29,734 nucleotides of DNA, taken from IMG/VR virus record IMGVR_UViG_3300049259_000045; one strand, written 5' to 3'. Below the pieces are notes generated by a model that saw only the letters and a list, made by a program, of their open reading frames with translations, made no database searches and had not been told where the DNA came from. Each line of letters starts with the position of its first letter. The first letter of the stretch is position 1. Of this stretch, positions 23,765 through 29,734 are shown piece after piece. The translations under genes were made by a program, and so were the position numbers. The DNA comes from an uncultured virus (IMG/VR IMGVR_UViG_3300049259_000045) (lineage: Duplodnaviria; Heunggongvirae; Uroviricota; Caudoviricetes).

Positions 23765-24055
23765 TCAGGCGGAAACGGCGGCCTGAGCGTCGAGGTAAAC
23801 CGGAAGGTCGCGCTCCAGCATCTTCGGGCACTTCTTCTGAACGTCCGCCGGGATGGTCTTGCGGGGGTCGCTGGTCGCGATTCGGCCAACAACTGCCTGG
23901 AGAAGCGTGGTGATGTCCTGCGGCTGGCTGGCCATGTCCATCTTGGTGGTGCCCGAAGAGTGCTTGATGGTGTATCGAACCCGGGTGTCTCCGGCAATCT
24001 GAACGGCGGTCATCGTGAAGTTTCCGAACTGCGCGGTCCCGGTGGTGTTCGACAT
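23765..24055 (-). CDS. Hypothetical protein (96 aa, MSNTTGTAQF...)
   Basis: AAGGAGCCGAAAATG start context. Confidence 0.8.
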   Translation of the reverse strand: MSNTTGTAQFGNFTMTAVQIAGDTRVRYTIKHSSGTTKMDMASQPQDITTLLQAVVGRIATSDPRKTIPADVQKKCPKMLERDLPVYLDAQAAVSA

Positions 24056-24092
24056 TTTCGGCTCCTTGTTCCCGAGGGCGGTTTCTCCGTCC

Positions 24093-24166
24093 TTGTAAAA
24101 CAATTATAACATGCGAAGGCACGTTAACGCAAGTCCCCCCGACCAGCTCGGTCGGGGGGACTTGCG
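24093..24166 (-). promoter_or_regulatory. Class B promoter overlapping hairpin base
   Basis: TTGCGT-N18-TATAAT then TGTTTTACAA; 17-bp stem 24128-24144/24150-24166. Confidence 0.85.
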
Positions 24167-24176
24167 GGGGAGCCGG

Positions 24177-24440
24177 TCAGAAGATCACGGCGAGTGTGGC
24201 CTGCTCGCGCGTCGGACGGTGAGGGCCCCACCCGAGGGCGTTCGGCTTGAGGAAAACCCACTTGCTGGAACCGGTCTTGGTCACCCAACCGATGTGGGTC
24301 CACTCCGCCGGACCGAACGCGTCAGCGGACGGCGCCCAGTGGCCGAGGACGTCGGCAGTCTTCTTGACGAAAACATCGAAGTCGCCGACGTTCGCGGGGT
24401 GTCCGTTGACGGTCTCAGCCTTCTCGAAGCGAATGTCCAC
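24177..24440 (-). CDS. Hypothetical protein
   Basis: GTG 24440 with GGAGG RBS; the ATG at 24488 overlaps a -10 box. Confidence 0.7.
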   Translation of the reverse strand: MDIRFEKAETVNGHPANVGDFDVFVKKTADVLGHWAPSADAFGPAEWTHIGWVTKTGSSKWVFLKPNALGWGPHRPTREQATLAVIF

Positions 24441-24486
24441 GGGGACCTCCAAGGTGGGGGCGGGCAGGGTGCCCGCCGTTGAGACC

Positions 24487-24516
24487 ATTCTACCACGTCA
24501 ATTCAGTCCCGCACAA
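24487..24516 (-). promoter_or_regulatory. Class C promoter, -35 inside the upstream gene's 3' end
   Basis: TTGTGC-N18-TAGAAT with extended TG. Confidence 0.7.
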
Positions 24517-25133
24517 GCATCGTCCCCGGTTCCGTTAGAGGAACTGGGGACGGCGTAAGCGGCCTTGTCCTCGTCGGTGTGCTGGTCAGCCCAGACCAGG
24601 CTCATGTCCGCACCGCATTCCGGGCACTCCAGGTCATCCGGCCTGGCGGTGTCGTGCTCGCACTCCGGCTCGTCCGGAATGGTCACGGAGGGGGTGATCG
24701 TGGCCTTGATCTTGCCGGACTCCAACGCCTTCTTCTCCTTGGCCGCGTCACGCTCGGCTTTCTTGGCGGCCTTGACCGCTGCCCGCTCCTGCGCCCGGAC
24801 GATGCCCGCAACCACCATGTGCCCGAATCCGTAGCGCTTGGCGTGGCCGACCGCGTCATCGCTGACGGCCACGCCGCCCTCGTGCCGACGGATCTCGTGG
24901 CCAAGCAGTTCGTGCTTGATCAGGAACGACTTGAGCTTGGCGTCGTGGCCAGGCGCGAAAGTGTTGCGGGTGTCCTGGGTGCAGTACGTCTCCCAGGAGT
25001 CGTAGTCACCGTTGGCCAGGCTCTCCTCGGTGAGCTGGGCGCTGTCTAGGGCGTCGAACTTCTGGCACTCGCACGGCAGGGGTTCGTTCTTGTCCGCGTC
25101 AGTCGCCACGGTCACTGCGGTGTTCTCGGTCAT
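24498..25133 (-). CDS. PGHDAKLK-family protein, copy 7, with C-terminal Zn-ribbon
   Basis: PCEC...YC...FAPGHDAKLKSFLI; tail CEH...CPECG. Confidence 0.9.
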   Translation of the reverse strand: MTENTAVTVATDADKNEPLPCECQKFDALDSAQLTEESLANGDYDSWETYCTQDTRNTFAPGHDAKLKSFLIKHELLGHEIRRHEGGVAVSDDAVGHAKRYGFGHMVVAGIVRAQERAAVKAAKKAERDAAKEKKALESGKIKATITPSVTIPDEPECEHDTARPDDLECPECGADMSLVWADQHTDEDKAAYAVPSSSNGTGDDACAGLN

Positions 25134-25180
25134 CAGGTCCTCTTTCGCCGGACGAGGCCCGGAGCCACGTCGTTAGGACG

Positions 25181-25210
25181 ATTCTACCATGCGTCGGGAG
25201 GTTGACGCAA
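25181..25210 (-). promoter_or_regulatory. Class C promoter
   Basis: TTGCGT-N18-TAGAAT with extended TG. Confidence 0.75.
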
Positions 25211-25225
25211 CCCTCTGACACGCCT

Positions 25226-25250
25226 GAGCGCTCCCGCAAGGAGAGCGCTC
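25226..25250 (-). terminator. Short hairpin
   Basis: GAGCGCTC-N9-GAGCGCTC self-complementary arms after stop at 25267. Confidence 0.45.
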
Positions 25251-25266
25251 GACTTGAGGTTGGAGG

Positions 25267-25476
25267 CTATTCGTCGTCCTCCTCCGGCGGAAAGAGTCTG
25301 ATCCAGCACTCCCCACAGGTCTTGCTGATGAACATCTCCCGCTCCGCCGGGGTCAAGTAGGGAAAGATGTCCTGAATGTGATCTTCCCCTCGCTCGAAAG
25401 CGTCGAGATCCGACTGGTTAACCTGCATTCGGACCTGCTTCCAGCATCCGCAGCAAGTAAGGCCGATGACCTTCAT
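25267..25476 (-). CDS. Small CxxC phage protein
   Basis: CCGC...IQDIFPYLTPAEREMFISKTCGECW, a motif recurrent in phage hypotheticals. Confidence 0.75.
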   Translation of the reverse strand: MKVIGLTCCGCWKQVRMQVNQSDLDAFERGEDHIQDIFPYLTPAEREMFISKTCGECWIRLFPPEEDDE

Positions 25477-25487
25477 TTTTCCGCAAC

Positions 25488-25877
25488 CTAACTTTCGTTG
25501 ATGGTGATCTGGTGGAGAGGCGTCGACAGGAGTTGGAATCCAGCCCCTTGGCAAGCAGTGTAGCTACCGGCCGAGGGAGCCGCCCAGATGACAACCGACT
25601 TGCTGTTGATGTAGGGAAGTTCCCAGGCGCTGGTTTTGCCAAGGTTGAGCAAGCACCTGGTCATCGGTCCCATCCTATCAGCACGGGACATCGTCCACAC
25701 CTCCGACGCGGATCGACACCACCCGCAAAAGCCGCATCGGCCGCTGGGTGAGTTGCACCCGTCTTCAAGATCTATCGCCAAGCCGTGCGCCAAGCTGGTA
25801 AGCTGGCGAACAGACACAGTCAACGAAGACGAGCATCGGAGGATAGTGTCCCCCATTCCGACGTGGTAGTGATTCAT
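25488..25877 (-). CDS. Cys-rich hypothetical protein
   Basis: AAGGGG RBS, own promoter; CGFCGWC. Confidence 0.65.
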   Translation of the reverse strand: MNHYHVGMGDTILRCSSSLTVSVRQLTSLAHGLAIDLEDGCNSPSGRCGFCGWCRSASEVWTMSRADRMGPMTRCLLNLGKTSAWELPYINSKSVVIWAAPSAGSYTACQGAGFQLLSTPLHQITINES

Positions 25878-25920
25878 TGGTACCCCTTACTTTGCTGGCG
25901 GGGTGACCGCCGTTGTACCT

Positions 25921-25950
25921 ATTCTACCACGTGTGATCTGTTCGTTACAA
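25921..25950 (-). promoter_or_regulatory. Class C promoter
   Basis: TTGTAA-N18-TAGAAT with extended TG. Confidence 0.75.
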
Positions 25951-25953
25951 CCA

Positions 25954-25983
25954 TTGTGCCGACCTGGGGAAACATGATTTAAT
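25954..25983 (+). promoter_or_regulatory. Divergent promoter
   Basis: TTGTGC-N18-TTTAAT with extended TG. Confidence 0.7.
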
Positions 25984-26013
25984 GGGTACAACGTACACAG
26001 AGAGGGTGTCGCC

Positions 26014-26304
26014 GTGGCCGGTAAAAAGAAGGCAGCCGTTCCCAAACCTCTGCTGATGGAGGTGGAAGGGTTGACGTTGTTCAAGTTCCCGACCAAGCGC
26101 CTTCCGTACGACAGTGTCAAACTGAGTCAGAAGTCTTCGGAGACGCTGGGGTTCAAGCGACGGGTGGTTCGATCGGGTCACATCGAGTTGTATCAGGTGT
26201 ACGGACCCGGCAACTTGAGTTACGTCAAGGTGATCACGCTCGGGCCTGACGGGCCGAGGTTCATAGTACCGAACAGCCGAGTCAGTTACGGAAAGGACGC
26301 TTGA
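26014..26304 (+). CDS. Basic hypothetical protein
   Basis: GAGGG RBS downstream of plus-strand promoter. Confidence 0.7.
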   Translation: MAGKKKAAVPKPLLMEVEGLTLFKFPTKRLPYDSVKLSQKSSETLGFKRRVVRSGHIELYQVYGPGNLSYVKVITLGPDGPRFIVPNSRVSYGKDA

Positions 26305-26513
26305 TGTTCGGAGCAAACCGGGACAAGGAGATCCGCGAGGCGACCGAAGCAGCTAAGGCCGCCGTAATCGCTGAGCACGAAAAGGGCGCTGCCTACTGGG
26401 AGGAGCAAGCCGACTTCCAGGAGGCAATGGGGGACTCTGAGGGGGCCAACAGCCTGCGGGACCTGGTCCAGTTCGGTCGCGAACACGTCATCGACCCCAT
26501 CCGAAAGATCTGA
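26304..26513 (+). CDS. Small hypothetical protein
   Basis: TGATG coupling, AAGGA RBS, hairpin downstream. Confidence 0.7.
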   Translation: MFGANRDKEIREATEAAKAAVIAEHEKGAAYWEEQADFQEAMGDSEGANSLRDLVQFGREHVIDPIRKI

Positions 26514-26519
26514 ACAAAC

Positions 26520-26554
26520 AGGTGCCCCCTACCCTCGACGGGTAGGGGGCACCT
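26520..26554. terminator. Bidirectional hairpin between convergent genes
   Basis: AGGTGCCCCCTACCC-N5-GGGTAGGGGGCACCT. Confidence 0.75.
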
Positions 26555-26561
26555 CGCTGTG

Positions 26562-27947
26562 TCAGTTCTCGGGAAGGTCCCGACCGATCATCCGAGCCAG
26601 GTAGTCGAACACGTGCCGGGTGCCGGAGATTTGCGCGTTGAAGTCGCACGCCTCCTGCAAGTCGACCCAGTTCGGATTGAACTCCGGGAAGTTCTCATCG
26701 GTGATTTTGCCGGTCCTGATCCACATCCGAGCGGTCGAGGTTACGTCTCGATGGAACTTGATGCCGAGACCTCGATTGTAGTTGTCGAACGCCTCCTTGA
26801 CCAGGCTCCAAGCGGTGTCGGGGTCGAGGCCCTGCCGGACCAGCCAAGTCCGCGCGGTGGCGCTGTTGATCTCGGACTCGAACCGATAGACGTTGTCGAG
26901 CATCTTGTCTGTGTTGACCTGCAGGTTGGCGATGAGGTCAGTTGCCTTAACCACCATGTGGTCCAGCACGATGAGGGCGGTCGGCAGGGCCACACGCTCG
27001 ACACTACTGTGGCTGATATCGCGCTCGTGGTAGAGGGCAACATCCTCCAGCATCGGACCGACCTGCGCCCGGACCAACCTGGCCAGGCCGGTCAGGTTCT
27101 CGCTGGTGATCGGATTGCGCTTGTGCGGCATCGCCGACGAGCCCACTCGGTTGGCAGCGTCCCCTTCGGCCAGCTCGCCCACCTCGGATTGCATCGACAA
27201 GCGGACCTCCAAGGCCAGCGTCTCGATGACGGAAGCGGCCTGAGCGCACGCAAACACCAGGTCGGCGAGGCTGTCCCTGGCCACCACCTGGGTTGCTGTC
27301 ATCGGAGGTCGTCCCTCCGGACCGATCAAGAGTTGAGCAAACGCCAACTCCTGCTCTCGGGTAACGTGCTTGTAGTCGCCGACCGGACCAGACATCTTCG
27401 GCCGTCCGGCAGCCCTGGCTGCCGACCTGAGGTGACTGTGCGCCCGAACCGCCATGTGCGTGATGTCGGCAACTCGATAGCCCCAGGTGCTGACCTCAGC
27501 AATCTGGCCATGCGTTCGGGCCACCCGCAACGTTTTGCGATGCTGCAGGGAATGCTCCACCATCGTCCGGATGAATCGATCCATGTGCCGGTGGATGATC
27601 ATCTCGGAATTGATCACGGTCAGGGCCAGAGCCGAGTCTACCAGGTCAGAGCTGGTCATTCCTCGGTGCACCCAACCGTGAGCCGCCGGGTCCATCCCGT
27701 TCTTCCAGGCTGCCAGGAAAGCCACCACGTCGTGACCGCTCCTGGCCTCTTCTGCGGCCACCTGATCGGGGGTGGGCACCGCAGCCGCCGTCATGGCCGT
27801 GATGACCTCCGAGGGGGCGCCCTGGGCCTTCGCGGCGGTGAACTCCACAGCGGCCCAGTTCCGGTATCGGGTCTCCTCGGACCAGATTCCGGCCATCTCC
27901 GGCCCGATGTACCGCTTGGGTACCGGGATTTGATCGAGACTGTTCAC
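26562..27947 (-). CDS. purB: Adenylosuccinate lyase
   Basis: Fumarase/ASL signature GSSAMPHKRNP, plus HDVVAF, VHRGMTSSD, ARTHGQ, HERDISHSSVER motifs. Confidence 0.92.
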   Translation of the reverse strand: MNSLDQIPVPKRYIGPEMAGIWSEETRYRNWAAVEFTAAKAQGAPSEVITAMTAAAVPTPDQVAAEEARSGHDVVAFLAAWKNGMDPAAHGWVHRGMTSSDLVDSALALTVINSEMIIHRHMDRFIRTMVEHSLQHRKTLRVARTHGQIAEVSTWGYRVADITHMAVRAHSHLRSAARAAGRPKMSGPVGDYKHVTREQELAFAQLLIGPEGRPPMTATQVVARDSLADLVFACAQAASVIETLALEVRLSMQSEVGELAEGDAANRVGSSAMPHKRNPITSENLTGLARLVRAQVGPMLEDVALYHERDISHSSVERVALPTALIVLDHMVVKATDLIANLQVNTDKMLDNVYRFESEINSATARTWLVRQGLDPDTAWSLVKEAFDNYNRGLGIKFHRDVTSTARMWIRTGKITDENFPEFNPNWVDLQEACDFNAQISGTRHVFDYLARMIGRDLPEN

Positions 27948-28093
27948 TTGTTGGCCTCGTCGGAGCTCTTGCCGTCCTGGAGGTACTGCACGCAGTCATC
28001 TCGGACGGACTTGTCCGGCTCGCTGGCGTCCAGATCGGCAAGCGCCCACTGAGAACCGGCGAACTGAGCGGGGGTGGATTCCTGTGCTGCCAT
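27944..28093 (-). CDS. Small acidic protein (49 aa, MAAQESTPAQF...)
   Basis: Not in ORF track; AAGGA RBS, GTGA overlap with purB start. Confidence 0.55.
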   Translation of the reverse strand: MAAQESTPAQFAGSQWALADLDASEPDKSVRDDCVQYLQDGKSSDEANK

Positions 28094-28109
28094 CAGATTT
28101 GGTTCCTTT

Positions 28110-28259
28110 CTACTGAGAGTTGGTTACAGCCAGCACAAACAGGCCGACCGACGTCAGGAGTATGGTGATGATCCACAACCACGGGTGCTTGCGGCTGTTC
28201 AAGAAGTCAACCATGGGCTCCCAAATTCCGTCAATAACGGCTTCGATGAAATCGTCCAT
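28110..28259 (-). CDS. Small membrane protein (49 aa, MDDFIEAV...)
   Basis: Not in ORF track; TGATG coupling; one TM helix. Confidence 0.65.
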   Translation of the reverse strand: MDDFIEAVIDGIWEPMVDFLNSRKHPWLWIITILLTSVGLFVLAVTNSQ

Positions 28260-28414
28260 CAGCGCTCACACCAACCTTTGCCGTCACACGGTCCTTGCTG
28301 GGCGTCCGGGCAGTCGCACCTGATCGGCAAGCCGGTGATCGGGTCCCGCTGGATGCGTTTCTTGGCCTGCCGTTCGAATCGAGCGTCCGCGCTGAACGGG
28401 TTTTTGATCTTCAT
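28259..28414 (-). CDS. Small Cys-containing protein (51 aa, MKIKNPF...)
   Basis: Not in ORF track; ATGA overlap upstream; CDC...C...C. Confidence 0.6.
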   Translation of the reverse strand: MKIKNPFSADARFERQAKKRIQRDPITGLPIRCDCPDAQQGPCDGKGWCER

Positions 28415-28617
28415 GCGTTCCCCAAATCGTACCACAGGGAGTGAGCCGCGTCCTTGGCGTTGTCGACGGCCTTCTTGAGGTTGTCTCGCTCGTTGGTTCG
28501 CTCTTCGAGATCCTCCTTGAGCTGCTTGTTCTCCGACTCCAGGTCGGTGATGTTCGCCTCCAGCTCCTCGACGCGGTTTTCGAGTTCCTCGATCTTGTCG
28601 TCGGTCTGCGAAGTCAC
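28411..28617 (-). CDS. Small coiled-coil protein
   Basis: Clear heptads IEELENRVEELEANITDLESENKQLKEDL; overlaps on both sides. Confidence 0.8.
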   Translation of the reverse strand: MTSQTDDKIEELENRVEELEANITDLESENKQLKEDLEERTNERDNLKKAVDNAKDAAHSLWYDLGNA

Positions 28618-28907
28618 TTGAGATTACCGTCCTCGTCCTTGGGGTTGATCGCTACCACTGTCCGCATGAAGTCGATCGCGTTTTTGAGAGAAACCCGCTG
28701 GTTGCCGTCGTCCGGGCTGGCAATGTACACCGAGCGCGGGGTTTTGTTGTTGTTGATGTGCACCCGCCAGAACCGCCGAGAAATGCCGTTCCCGAGGGGG
28801 CGCGGGTAGTCGAACGTGAGGTGTCCTGAGCTGTCCTCGTGCACGCACTCGGTGGCCACGAAACCGCAACGTTCGGCCTCTTCGATGACCTGTTCGACCG
28901 TGGCCAT
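28614..28907 (-). CDS. Hypothetical protein
   Basis: Abuts upstream stop, GTGA overlap downstream. Confidence 0.75.
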   Translation of the reverse strand: MATVEQVIEEAERCGFVATECVHEDSSGHLTFDYPRPLGNGISRRFWRVHINNNKTPRSVYIASPDDGNQRVSLKNAIDFMRTVVAINPKDEDGNLK

Positions 28908-29009
28908 CTAGTCCTCTTCCTGAACCAGGATGCGGATGGCCTCCAGGTCGGCGGCAGCCTTGTCAAGCTCAGCCTGCGCCTTAGCTGCCGCCTCATCGAA
29001 CTCGTCCAT
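28908..29009 (-). CDS. Small acidic helical peptide (33 aa, MDEFDEAAAK...)
   Basis: GGAG RBS; stop abuts next ATG. Confidence 0.55.
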   Translation of the reverse strand: MDEFDEAAAKAQAELDKAAADLEAIRILVQEED

Positions 29010-29027
29010 GACGCTCCATCTATGAGC

Positions 29028-29058
29028 GGGAGCCGACCGGAGACTCCGGTCGGCTCCC
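29028..29058 (-). terminator. Hairpin
   Basis: GGGAGCCGACCGG-N5-CCGGTCGGCTCCC. Confidence 0.7.
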
Positions 29059-29065
29059 TGGTTTG

Positions 29066-29143
29066 TCAGTGTCCCTTGCACTGATCCGTACGTTTGCCGC
29101 ACAGCGGGCAGTACCGATTCAGAAGAATTACGATCAAGGACAC
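29066..29143 (-). CDS. 25-aa micropeptide MSLIVILLNRYCPLCGKRTDQCKGH
   Basis: AGGAGG RBS, own promoter, hairpin right after stop; CxxC-x6-C-x2-H. Confidence 0.55.
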   Translation of the reverse strand: MSLIVILLNRYCPLCGKRTDQCKGH

Positions 29144-29188
29144 TGGGCCCCCCCTCCTGCTCGACCTCCCGGTGAGGCCGTTACTACT

Positions 29189-29217
29189 ATTCTACCATAC
29201 TAGATGGCAGTGCACAA
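29189..29217 (-). promoter_or_regulatory. Class C promoter
   Basis: TTGTGC-N17-TAGAAT with extended TG. Confidence 0.7.
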
Positions 29218-29226
29218 GCCGGACGG

Positions 29227-29734
29227 TCAGCGTCCGGTCGAGCCGAATCCCTTCAAGCCGCGAACCTTGGGACGGGTCTGGCCCCACTGGGCGGTGAAGC
29301 CGAGAGCCGAGGTGGGGAGCAGAATGAGCTGCGCGACGCGCTCACCCGCCAGAACCGTGACCGGCTCCGTGCTGAGGTTCTGGCACCCCGCGAACAGGAC
29401 GCCCGTGTACCCGTTGTCGATGATTCCGGTGGCCACCAGGAGCTTACGTGTACGCAGGGTGGACGACCGGCCCGTGATCATGCCCCACAGGCCGTCCGGC
29501 AGGTCCACGGCTACCCCCGTGGGAACGTCCACGAACTCGCCCGGCGGGATGACCGTGTCCTGCACCGTGTACAGGTCGTATCCCGCGTCGTCGTCGTGTC
29601 CGCGCGCCGGCAGGGTAACCTCGGGGTACTCCGGGGAGGCCTCGAAGATGAGCGGGGTCGGGCTGAGGTGCGCGTCGATCCGGTCGGCCTCGTATCGGGC
29701 ACTGGTGTCGACCACCCACGTGGCCAGCTCCGTG
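29227..29734 (-). CDS. dut: Trimeric dUTPase-family protein (frame open to window edge; 5' end may lie outside)
   Basis: All five motifs: AGYDL, GRSS, GIIDNGYTG, ERVAQL, RGLKGFGSTG. Confidence 0.92.
   Translation of the reverse strand, partial: TELATWVVDTSARYEADRIDAHLSPTPLIFEASPEYPEVTLPARGHDDDAGYDLYTVQDTVIPPGEFVDVPTGVAVDLPDGLWGMITGRSSTLRTRKLLVATGIIDNGYTGVLFAGCQNLSTEPVTVLAGERVAQLILLPTSALGFTAQWGQTRPKVRGLKGFGSTGR

Larger units (their letters stand above)
1..29734. mobile_element. Segment of an actinobacteriophage (probably Streptomyces phage or phage-plasmid) genome
   Basis: Dense co-oriented small ORFs with ATGA/GTGA overlaps; terminase-small-like, dUTPase, NERD, WYL and HAD genes; high GC; Streptomyces-type TraB. 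No integrase, att site or host flank seen. Confidence 0.85.

Noticed and set aside
5592..24166. Hairpins as integron attC sites
   Set aside because: No consistent RYYYAAC/GTTRRRY boxes or extrahelical-base pattern seen, no integron integrase in the window, and each cassette has its own promoter.
3930..25133. PGHDAK paralogs as diversity-generating-retroelement template/variable repeats
   Set aside because: Differences are not adenine-specific, include indels, and no reverse transcriptase is present in the window.

Overview
High-GC, gene-dense segment, almost all on the minus strand, that reads as part of an actinobacterial (most likely Streptomyces) tailed-phage genome. Left end: start of a packaging/late operon (HTH protein, terminase-small-subunit-like protein, membrane and collagen-like proteins). 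Right end: nucleotide metabolism (adenylosuccinate lyase PurB, dUTPase). Between them is a large accessory region built from promoter-gene-hairpin modules; I counted 29 housekeeping-sigma-type promoters by eye (TTGnnn-N17/18-TAnnnT or TTTAAT/TTTACT, usually with an extended TG). Main points: (1) a Streptomyces-plasmid-type dsDNA transfer module (DUF2637/SpdB-like, TraA-like, TraB FtsK translocase) under a phage-type promoter, with about 59 GGWCC repeats written into two coding sequences (candidate clt) and an exact BldD-box match just upstream of the traA-like RBS; (2) seven paralogs of an uncharacterised CxC..C..PGHDAK(L/A)K putative zinc-binding domain with swapped tails, four with a dedicated promoter subtype; (3) terminator-like hairpins fused into the -35/spacer of the next promoter; (4) a phage-borne PurB, compatible with a 2-aminoadenine (Z) DNA pathway, although purZ is not in the window. 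All calls come from motif recognition; no database search was run.
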